Source of the DNA: Telmatocola sphagniphila
GTDB taxonomy: Bacteria; Planctomycetota; Planctomycetia; Gemmatales; Gemmataceae
NCBI RefSeq assembly: GCF_018398935.1
Contig: NZ_CP074694.1
Span: 5,190,001 to 5,222,000 of the forward strand
Direction of reading: 5' to 3'
Length of the DNA stretch: 32,000 nt
This document shows positions 17,304 to 24,954 of the stretch, piece after piece. The translations under genes were made by a program, and so were the position numbers. Under the pieces are notes generated by a model that searched no databases, had not been told where the DNA came from, and saw only the letters and a program-made list of their open reading frames with translations. Each line of letters starts with the position of its first letter. The stretch's first letter is position 1.

Positions 17304-17867
17304 ATGGATGATCTGAATCGCCGGGCGTTTCTGGCCGCGGGAGCGGCCGCCGTGACGATACCGAGTCTGGCAAACGCGGGCGAGGAACGCGATTATCCGG
17401 CTCCCAAGTATACTCCCAAGCGCGCTAAGCCGAGTTTGAAGCCGCAGCTCGTGGAAGATTTCGTGCTCTTTGGTCACTATGACCTGGAGATGGTGAAGAA
17501 GCTCCTGGAAAAAGAGCCGAAGTTGCTCAACGCCGCCATGGACTGGGGAGCTGGCGACTGGGAAACGGCCCTGGGTGGGGCTTCGCATCTGGGCAATCAC
17601 GAAATCGCCGAATTTCTGCTCTCCAAAGGAGCCCGAATCGATATTTTCGCGGCCACTTCTTTAGGTATGCTGGATGTTGTGAAAAGTATGATCACAATTT
17701 ATCCAGCGCTCATTGATGCCAAGGGGCCGCATGGCATCGATCTTTATATGCATGCCCGCATGGGTAAGGACCGGGCCAAGCTGGTGCTGGCATACTTGCA
17801 AAGCGTGAAACCGGAACCCCCAAAACCCGAAAAGAAAAAGGAAGAACCGGCCAAAAAGCCTATCTAA
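17304..17867 (+). CDS. Tat-signal ankyrin-repeat protein with a Lys/Pro-rich tail
   Basis: The N-terminus MDDLNRRAFLAAGAAAVTIPSLANA has RR, a hydrophobic stretch and AxA. Ankyrin-like repeats are present (GASHLGNHEIAEFLLSKGARIDIFAATSLGMLDVVKSMI...). The C-terminus reads PEPPKPEKKKEEPAKKPI. Confidence 0.75.
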   Translation: MDDLNRRAFLAAGAAAVTIPSLANAGEERDYPAPKYTPKRAKPSLKPQLVEDFVLFGHYDLEMVKKLLEKEPKLLNAAMDWGAGDWETALGGASHLGNHEIAEFLLSKGARIDIFAATSLGMLDVVKSMITIYPALIDAKGPHGIDLYMHARMGKDRAKLVLAYLQSVKPEPPKPEKKKEEPAKKPI

Positions 17868-18022
17868 AGTGCTTTCGACTAGCTATCATAGGGATTAATA
17901 CTTACCCGGTTTCGCCGGGCGTCCATCCAAGATAAGCTTTTAACGATCCAAATAACCTCTCTCTTTGGATGGATATGTGCGAATGCACATGTCAAATTCC
18001 ATTTGCTGCAGAGAGGGCTTCC

Positions 18023-18484
18023 GTGCAACTCACTCAGTTTTCGGACTATTCCCTTCGGACAACGCTGTATTTGATGGCTCACCCGGAACGTCTGGTTGCC
18101 GTGGAGGAGATCAGCAAGGCGTATTCCATCTCTCGCCATCATCTGGTGAAAGTGGTTCAACGGCTGGTCGAACTAGAATTTATTGTGGCTCTGCGTGGTC
18201 GCAACGGCGGCATGCGGTTGGCCAAAAAGCCGGAGGAGATTAATGTAGGTCAGATGGTGCGAGGCACCGAGCCGAATTTCAATCTCGTGGAATGCTTCGA
18301 TGAGGTGCACAATACCTGTCCTATTTCATCGGTCTGCGGATTGAAAGGGGCGCTCTATCAGGCGAGGGAAGCATTTCTGAAGGTGCTGGATAGCTACTCT
18401 CTGGCCGACTTCCAGAGTAACTCGTCGCAGTTGATCCCGTTGTGGGAACTCCGACTGCGGGATTCGGAGAAGGTGGTGGTGTAG
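18023..18484 (+). CDS. Rrf2 family transcriptional regulator (NsrR/IscR-like)
   Basis: VQLTQFSDYSLRTTLYLMAHPERLVAVEEISKAYSISRHHLVKVVQRLVELEFIVALRGRNGGMRLAK is a typical Rrf2 winged HTH. Three spaced Cys (ECF...NTCPISSVCG) could ligate an Fe-S cluster. I prefer the GTG at 18023. The track start at 17969 adds an atypical Cys-rich leader. Confidence 0.85.
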   Translation: MQLTQFSDYSLRTTLYLMAHPERLVAVEEISKAYSISRHHLVKVVQRLVELEFIVALRGRNGGMRLAKKPEEINVGQMVRGTEPNFNLVECFDEVHNTCPISSVCGLKGALYQAREAFLKVLDSYSLADFQSNSSQLIPLWELRLRDSEKVVV

Positions 18485-18835
18485 GGGGGTGCAGGGAAAA
18501 GAGGGTCGAACAGAGTTTGCGACCGTAGTCACAAGCCACATCCTATGGCTAGCTTTAACCCGTTATCCGGGCTTGCCTTGTCTGGAACTGGCTATCTGCC
18601 AGCGCAGATTCAAAATATCAGACCTCGCTATAACAGGGCAATCATCGATTTCATAATTTAACGCGAGATGAGGATTGAGGCCTTTTCAGATACCCGATCT
18701 TTCACTCGCTGGTAATTAGCCACGGGCACCCGACTGCTGGCAGGAAGTGTCGCTGGCGAAAGCAGCTGCGCCCTGAAAATTGAGCAAGATTGTTCGAGCG
18801 ATTTCTCCAGTAAACCTTCAAGTTGGGAGAAGGGC

Positions 18836-19084
18836 ATGAGTATCAAAGGTTACTTATACTTGGGTTGTGTCGTGGTCGCCGTGACGATGTCATCGAAGGT
18901 CGCGACGCGCGGCGGAGGTCCCGGCACGTGGAGTATCCTGCTCGCAGCTCTTGGTGGACTGACTCTTTTGCTCATCCTGGATCTTTGGGGATTTATTCAA
19001 CAGCAGGATTCCGACAAACGAACGGTTAGCAAGAGAAAAAGTCGCAAGCGTCGGATGAAGGATTCAGGTCAGAATTTTACCTGA
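18836..19084 (+). CDS. Small two-TM membrane protein with a basic tail (hypothetical)
   Basis: 82 aa with two hydrophobic helices and a KRKSRKRRMK tail. A purine-rich stretch (gggagaaggg) sits directly upstream of the ATG. Confidence 0.4.
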   Translation: MSIKGYLYLGCVVVAVTMSSKVATRGGGPGTWSILLAALGGLTLLLILDLWGFIQQQDSDKRTVSKRKSRKRRMKDSGQNFT

Positions 19085-19341
19085 AAATTTAGCGCTACTT
19101 ATGGGTGTTGATTAGACCGAGTTTTAAAACTGAAAATACACCCCTCTGAAGTAGGAAGTTGGAGATAACCGAATTCTTCTTTAAAAATCGAGGTCTAAAT
19201 CAGTCGGACAGGCCAGTTTATATTAACGAGCGCTTGTGGGTAAAAACAACGAAATTTGCCCGCTGGGGAATTAGTTAATTAGTACCTAAGTTAAAGTTAT
19301 TTGCCTTACAAACAACCAATTCGATTTTAGATAAATTATTA

Positions 19342-19370
19342 TTGACAATTAATAAAGCAAAGATTAAGCT
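19342..19370 (+). promoter_or_regulatory. Sigma-70-like promoter candidate (TTGACA-17-TAAGCT)
   Basis: It lies in a very AT-rich intergenic stretch about 30 nt upstream of the 19400 start. The -35 element is perfect and the -10 is weak. The promoter consensus for this lineage is unknown to me. Confidence 0.2.
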
Positions 19371-19399
19371 ACCAGAAATCAGTAATCTTAACCAGAAGA

Positions 19400-19858
19400 A
19401 TGCAGATGGTTCGCAAGGTTCTAGATTTTAGGTTGTCGCGCTCTGCTTTCCTTCTGATTATGGCTGTCGGGGGCGTAACAGTCGCGACTTCATTAAGCAA
19501 TTTTGCTAATGCGGGAGAAAAGACGCGACTTCCAGGTGTTCCATATAATCCTGGCACAGCGCCAAGTGGATGGGTTTGTAATCCCGCGGCAACAGTTCCA
19601 TGCGGTTGTGTGGATGTGTCCGGCAATCCTCCTGTGTCCTGCAAAAACCCAGATACTTCTCTTATTCTGATCTGGTGCACTGAAACCGAAACTACAACTC
19701 CTTGTACTAGCGCAGCTACATTCGACTGTCCCGGCGGGACGGATGGCAATAAATTCAAAGGTCTGTGCGGAGCTGATGGTGCAAGAAGTTTGAATCTTGC
19801 TTGTAATAATGTAACTGTGACGACTTGTTCAGGTTACACAGGTACAATCGGTAATTAA
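19400..19858 (+). CDS. Secreted Cys-rich (10 Cys) Thr/Gly/Pro/Asn-rich small protein
   Basis: 152 aa with a signal peptide ending SLSNFANA. The mature ~114 aa contains 10 Cys (WVC, PCGC, SC, WC, PC, DC, LC, AC, TC). I recognise no family. Confidence 0.65.
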   Translation: MQMVRKVLDFRLSRSAFLLIMAVGGVTVATSLSNFANAGEKTRLPGVPYNPGTAPSGWVCNPAATVPCGCVDVSGNPPVSCKNPDTSLILIWCTETETTTPCTSAATFDCPGGTDGNKFKGLCGADGARSLNLACNNVTVTTCSGYTGTIGN

Positions 19859-19860
19859 AA

Positions 19861-19890
19861 TCGATTTGATATATTTCCCGTTCAAATCGA
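19861..19890 (+). terminator. Hairpin directly after the stop of the Cys-rich protein gene
   Basis: 9-bp stem tcgatttga / tcaaatcga with a 12-nt loop, starting 3 nt after the stop. There is no clear U-tract, so this is a weak terminator call. Confidence 0.3.
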
Positions 19891-20012
19891 ATGACTTTGA
19901 GCTAGTTGATAAAAAATAATTCGCTGAGATATTTGCATCTCGGCCATTTCAAATTCGTGAAAAGATCGCTCTCTATCCCCACGGCATAAGTTATTGAGAA
20001 TAGGATCGGCTT

Positions 20013-21098
20013 ATGTTAGCAAAATTTATATTCGCAGTGACTTTGGTTTGTGCTATCGTGAATATCCATGCCAATGGACAAGACAAAAAAGAAGATTTGG
20101 TACAATTAGCCTGCGCTGGTAATCAGTCCGCGCTGGCCGCGATTGAGACCTACTATTCGAAGTGCCATTTAACTACGGAATCTCCCCTGGGTACGGGTAA
20201 AAATAACACGGAATATTGGCGCAAACCCGGTCAAATCCGGGTTCGCGAACCGCGTGCAGTGACGACACTCGACGTGAAAATTGAAAAAGGGAAACTATAT
20301 TCTGTTGTGACAGCCCCAAATCAAAAGGCGGATCGGAATATGGCTTATACCCATATCTACGATCCCAATTTTCACATGATCGATGCGGATCCCTGGGAAT
20401 ACAGTCTGTTCGCGCTCCCGATTGGGTTGATGAGCGACGACCCTCCACCCATTTTTACGCTTACCGAAGCTGTGAGTAGAAGCACCGTGAAAAAGGCCGA
20501 GTGGGTTGGAAAAACCCCGACGCGGCAAATTCATCTAATTCTAGACATCAATGGAGAACCGCGAAGTTATGAAGTATGGGTTGACCCTGCACATAATTGG
20601 CTCATCAGCCGGTGCGTGATGAAATATCGAACCTCAAATAAACGAAGGCCCGATTCCAAGGAGGTCGAACATAAACACGATTGGAAAGTTTCTGACTGGA
20701 TGGAGATTAAACCCTCCCTCTTTGTTCCAACTCGTTCGACATCCGTATCAGATTCCGGGGACGATTTCGTAATTACCAAGACTGTGGAAATTTCGAGCAT
20801 TCGAATCAACGAGCCCTTTTCTCCACCGCCTATGCCGCATGCACTCGCCGGGACATTGCTTTTTGACAAGATTGAGAATCGAATCTATCCCTTGGGTCCT
20901 AATGGCGTACCTCAGGGACGCGGACAGCGAGTTGGCGAACCTTTCTACCCAACAATGCCGACGCCCGATAAGCTCAATCCGAATCCCAATCGAGTCGATC
21001 GAAGTGCATCCTATCGCAAGTGGCTATTGCCAATCCTGGTAGTTGTTGCACTGGCTGGTGGTTTGTTTTTTGGAAGTCGATATTTGCGAAAGGCTTAA
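20013..21098 (+). CDS. Signal-peptide plus C-terminal TM-anchored protein, paralog A (hypothetical)
   Basis: 361 aa with an N-terminal signal peptide (MLAKFIFAVTLVCAIVNIHA). It has a Pro-rich linker and a C-terminal TM anchor, WLLPILVVVALAGGLFFGSRYLRKA. It is alignable along its full length to the next gene. Confidence 0.8.
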   Translation: MLAKFIFAVTLVCAIVNIHANGQDKKEDLVQLACAGNQSALAAIETYYSKCHLTTESPLGTGKNNTEYWRKPGQIRVREPRAVTTLDVKIEKGKLYSVVTAPNQKADRNMAYTHIYDPNFHMIDADPWEYSLFALPIGLMSDDPPPIFTLTEAVSRSTVKKAEWVGKTPTRQIHLILDINGEPRSYEVWVDPAHNWLISRCVMKYRTSNKRRPDSKEVEHKHDWKVSDWMEIKPSLFVPTRSTSVSDSGDDFVITKTVEISSIRINEPFSPPPMPHALAGTLLFDKIENRIYPLGPNGVPQGRGQRVGEPFYPTMPTPDKLNPNPNRVDRSASYRKWLLPILVVVALAGGLFFGSRYLRKA

Positions 21099-21106
21099 CG
21101 CCCTGA
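20853..21106 (+). repeat. 254-nt block identical to 22252-22505 (3' end of paralog A plus 8 nt past the stop)
   Basis: My base-by-base comparison of the two printed stretches found no mismatch. Identity begins at acattgct and ends at ccctga. Confidence 0.9.
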
Positions 21107-21411
21107 ACGGGCAAAATCGGCAATTGATCCTGATTCAGAATCTGAAGCAAAATGTCTATCTTAAGTAGATAAATAGAGCCAATTAATGTGAAAAAATTAT
21201 CTTGGCATAATTCTTTCAAAAGCACCCTCGATCAGGTTACAGATGTCGGTTGAAGAGTGCCGCGTTGTCTTTTCACGTAGCAATGTGAGCTTTATTTATT
21301 CAAAAGTCGAGCTAGTTTCATTTCAAAAAATCGAGTGGCTGCTGGGTAAGAATACTTCAGCAGCGATTCTTGGTCCAGCTTGGCATAAGTTTCTTACAAC
21401 GAGTCGGATTT

Positions 21412-22497
21412 ATGTATACAAAAAAATTGTTTTTTACACTCGCAAGTTGTCTTTTGCTCTGTTCGAACACCCATGCTCAAGACAAAAAAGAGGATCTGGT
21501 TCAATTAGCATGCGCGGGCAATCAATCCGCTCTGGCTGCTATCGAAACTTATTATTCTAAGTGCAATTTAACATGTGAATCCCCTGCAGGGATAGGAAAA
21601 AAAAATACAGAGTATTGGCGAAATTCCGCTCTAATCCGAATTCGTGAACCACATGCAATCACAACTCTCGATGTCAAAATTGAAAAAGGAAAGCTCTATT
21701 CAGTTCAGATAGCACCAAATCAAAAAGCGGATCGAAATATGGCTTATACCCACATTTATGATCCCAATTTCCGCATCTTGGATGCAAATCCCTGGGATTA
21801 CAGTCTGTTTGTGCTTCCCTTTGGTCTAATGTCCGACGAGGCCCCGCCTGTCTTCACACTCACCGAAGCCGTGAGTAGGAGTACAGTGAGAAAAGCGGAG
21901 TGGGTAGGTAAGCATCCTGCGCGACAAATTCACTTGATTTTAGACATCAATGGAGAACCTCGCAGTTATGAGGTCTGGGTCGATCCCAGCCGAAATTGGC
22001 TTATCAATCGGTGCGTGATGACATATCGATCAAAAAATAAAAGAAAACCGGATGCGAAGGAAGTCGAATGGAAATTCGATTGGAAAGTAACCGACTGGAC
22101 GGAGATCAAGCCCACGCTATTTGTTCCCACTCGTTCGACATCCGTATCGGACACTGGGGACGATTTTATAATCACTAAAACTGCGGAAATTACGAATATT
22201 CGAATCAATGAGCCCATTTCACCCCCCGCCATGCCGCACGCACCCGCCGGTACATTGCTTTTTGACAAGATTGAGAATCGAATCTATCCCTTGGGTCCTA
22301 ATGGCGTACCTCAGGGACGCGGACAGCGAGTTGGCGAACCTTTCTACCCAACAATGCCGACGCCCGATAAGCTCAATCCGAATCCCAATCGAGTCGATCG
22401 AAGTGCATCCTATCGCAAGTGGCTATTGCCAATCCTGGTAGTTGTTGCACTGGCTGGTGGTTTGTTTTTTGGAAGTCGATATTTGCGAAAGGCTTAA
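21412..22497 (+). CDS. Signal-peptide plus C-terminal TM-anchored protein, paralog B (hypothetical)
   Basis: I prefer the start at MYTKKLFFTLASCLLLCSNTHA. The track's TTG at 21370 adds 14 aa. About four-fifths of residues are identical to paralog A by eye, with many synonymous third-position differences upstream of the identical block. Confidence 0.8.
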   Translation: MYTKKLFFTLASCLLLCSNTHAQDKKEDLVQLACAGNQSALAAIETYYSKCNLTCESPAGIGKKNTEYWRNSALIRIREPHAITTLDVKIEKGKLYSVQIAPNQKADRNMAYTHIYDPNFRILDANPWDYSLFVLPFGLMSDEAPPVFTLTEAVSRSTVRKAEWVGKHPARQIHLILDINGEPRSYEVWVDPSRNWLINRCVMTYRSKNKRKPDAKEVEWKFDWKVTDWTEIKPTLFVPTRSTSVSDTGDDFIITKTAEITNIRINEPISPPAMPHAPAGTLLFDKIENRIYPLGPNGVPQGRGQRVGEPFYPTMPTPDKLNPNPNRVDRSASYRKWLLPILVVVALAGGLFFGSRYLRKA

Positions 22498-22505
22498 CGC
22501 CCTGA
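22252..22505 (+). repeat. 254-nt block identical to 20853-21106
   Basis: See the paired feature at 20853-21106. Confidence 0.9.
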
Positions 22506-22541
22506 CTCAAAAATAAGCAATTAACCAATTGAGGTTTAGTC

Positions 22542-23645
22542 ATGCCCAAAAGATTAGCGACCTTGCTGACGGCGATTGCCGGAACTGCATTGATTCTTTG
22601 GTTTGGGATTTTCCGACACGCTTCCACGCCAAACAGTACTTCTGAATCCCAGGTCGCGCCACAAAGTCCCATCTTAATGCCCGAACTCGTGGAAGCGGGA
22701 TCCGTTCAAAACAAGCATTTTATCGAAGTTCCCGTGGATCTAGAAAATCGCGGCGAATCGACGGCCACACTCGATGATTTTCACAGCGATTGTTCCTGCA
22801 TGAAAATTCTCAAAAGCGAAGGTGAATTGAAGAAGCAATTCGAAAAACTCGAACTTCTTCCCGGCGAAAAAGCCAGAGTCTACGCTCAATTGCGAGTGCA
22901 ATCCGATCCCGGCATTCGCCGAACCTCAGCCGTGTATTTTCGACTCGTCGCGGAGAAGCCCATCTTCCATCGCGTCTACATCAATTACACGCCTGTCGCC
23001 GAAATTTATTGTGTCCCCAATCGTCTGGGCTTTGGTGAAACTCTCCTGGATAGGGAAATGATTCAAAAGCTAGAAGTTCTCAGTGATGGAACCGCGGACG
23101 TTCCCCGAGGTAAAATCACTACTTCGCGGCCAGATACGTTCCAAGCCGCTTTTACACCATCCAGTGAATCGGATAGAGTAAAGTATACCCAAAAGGACGG
23201 GCAAATTTTACTGGGTCAACTAGAAATCCGATTCAAAACCCCGAAGCCGGGACGTTTCGACGATGAACTAGTGATCTACGACGACGGCAAACCCTACGTC
23301 CGATTTGGCGTGGTAGCGACATCCATCCCGGAATTTATTTTTACACCCGGTAGCCTTTTATTACCCAGGTCAAATCTTTCGTCCGATCCCGTATACGAAT
23401 CTCGAATCATTTGCCGATCGGCGGATGGAGAAAAATTCAAACTCGATTACATTCCATCAAAATCGATTCCCTTCCGAATTAATTGGATATCGGGGCGAGG
23501 AGAAGCAAATCAAGTGATTAATGTGGAATATATCGGTCCGAAATCCGCCAAGATTAACGAAACATTCGAACTGGAGTTTGCCGCGATTCGAGAGGGAGTC
23601 AGGAAGCAGCTCGCGTTCAAAGTCATCGTGCACAATGACCCATGA
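22542..23645 (+). CDS. Signal-anchored protein with a DUF1573-like beta-sandwich motif (hypothetical)
   Basis: 367 aa with an N-terminal TM helix (LATLLTAIAGTALILWFGIF). IEVPVDLENRGESTATLDDFHSDCSCMKI resembles the F.F.N.G...L.I..V..SCGCT signature of DUF1573 by eye. It starts 44 nt after paralog B. Confidence 0.6.
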   Translation: MPKRLATLLTAIAGTALILWFGIFRHASTPNSTSESQVAPQSPILMPELVEAGSVQNKHFIEVPVDLENRGESTATLDDFHSDCSCMKILKSEGELKKQFEKLELLPGEKARVYAQLRVQSDPGIRRTSAVYFRLVAEKPIFHRVYINYTPVAEIYCVPNRLGFGETLLDREMIQKLEVLSDGTADVPRGKITTSRPDTFQAAFTPSSESDRVKYTQKDGQILLGQLEIRFKTPKPGRFDDELVIYDDGKPYVRFGVVATSIPEFIFTPGSLLLPRSNLSSDPVYESRIICRSADGEKFKLDYIPSKSIPFRINWISGRGEANQVINVEYIGPKSAKINETFELEFAAIREGVRKQLAFKVIVHNDP

Positions 23646-23679
23646 TTTTAAAAGTCCGATTCCTACCGGGAGAACGATC

Positions 23680-24630
23680 ATGCCTAAATCTGGGTTGACG
23701 AATTTTCCAACTCGAAAAGGATATACTCTGGTTGAAGTACTGGTGGTTATAGCCATTATGGCGTTGTTGATTGGGCTTCTTCTGCCCGCGGTACAGAAAG
23801 TCCGCGCGGCCGTTGCCCGTTCGAGCTGCGCCAACAATCTGCGTCAATTGGGACTGGCCCTCCATAATCATCAGGCCGCGTTCGAAATATTTCCCCCCCG
23901 CTCTCCGATTTTTAACGGAACGGAAGGATCTCCCTTTACATACGAGGGCGTGGGATGGACGACATTCCTGCTACCTTACATAGAACGAGACGACCTCTGG
24001 AAACAGACGGAAATTGCCTATTCCCAGAACAGCCACCCCTGGAGTGCTCCTCACGAAAACCTTCGGCGATCTTTGGTTCGCGTTTATGCTTGTCCAGCCG
24101 ATGGTCGGATAAGTCGTTTGCAGACGAATAAACGTGGCCAGGAAGGGGCCTATACCTCTTACGTGGGTATGACTGGCTACACCGACGATTTTTTTTCGGG
24201 TATGTTCGGGAGAAGGCGAGGGGTCAGGCCCACGCAAATAACGGACGGGCTCAGTAACACGGTTGCAATCGGCGAGCGACCGCCTCCGGCTTCCTTCAGT
24301 ATGGGTTGGTGGTATACCACGAATCAACACGACAATCTTCAAGCGGCCACCGATTTTGAAGCTCCAGCGGACACCGGCATACCCCCCGGCCAAAGCCTTT
24401 GCGGCGGTCTGGAAACCAACTGGCCCGGACTGGGAATCGTCATCAACTACTCCTTTTCGCCGGGGACTTTCGAAAACGAATGCGATAAATACCACTATTG
24501 GAGTTTGCACGAAGGAGGTGCCAATTTCTTATTTGTTGATGGCTCGACGAAATTCTTAACTTACGCGGCCAGATTTCAACTTCGCTATCTGGCGACCATC
24601 GCAGCAGGTGATTCCTTCACATTTGACTAA
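23680..24630 (+). CDS. DUF1559-type protein with a prepilin-type N-terminal cleavage/methylation domain
   Basis: KGYTLVEVLVVIAIMALLIGLLLPAVQKVRAAVARSSCANNLRQLGLALHNHQ is the classic planctomycete DUF1559/pseudopilin N-terminus. The C-terminal H.GGANFLFVDGS block is also typical. I prefer the start MPKSG at 23680. ATGs at 23635 or 23521 would overlap the preceding gene. Confidence 0.85.
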   Translation: MPKSGLTNFPTRKGYTLVEVLVVIAIMALLIGLLLPAVQKVRAAVARSSCANNLRQLGLALHNHQAAFEIFPPRSPIFNGTEGSPFTYEGVGWTTFLLPYIERDDLWKQTEIAYSQNSHPWSAPHENLRRSLVRVYACPADGRISRLQTNKRGQEGAYTSYVGMTGYTDDFFSGMFGRRRGVRPTQITDGLSNTVAIGERPPPASFSMGWWYTTNQHDNLQAATDFEAPADTGIPPGQSLCGGLETNWPGLGIVINYSFSPGTFENECDKYHYWSLHEGGANFLFVDGSTKFLTYAARFQLRYLATIAAGDSFTFD

Positions 24631-24954
24631 TTTTAAAGGTTGTTCACCTGAGCAATCGAAATGTAAGAGTACACACCGTTACCTCGCATCGGTGAGCTTC
24701 CGCGCGTTAGCTGCCAAGCTCTTCCATTGGCAAATTTCCTTAAAAACTGAACGAAAATACCTTTTCTCGGCATTGTCCTTCCTCGCTCTTTCCCTTAGCG
24801 ACAAAAAACGGCTTTCACTCCTGGAAATCCGTGTCAGTCGCCGGAAGCTTCAACGGAAGGAGTGTCCATCGGACCCCGCTCGGGCCGGTATTTTGTAGAA
24901 TCTCCTTCGAGATCAACCAATTGAACGCTACTTCGAAATAAGGAATCCTCCCTG

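Noticed and set aside
23521-23679. Upstream extension of the DUF1559 ORF (track start 23521)
   Set aside because: It would overlap the preceding gene by 125 nt. It would also place about 60 residues before the prepilin-type leader, which normally sits within ~10-20 aa of the N-terminus. I prefer the start at 23680.
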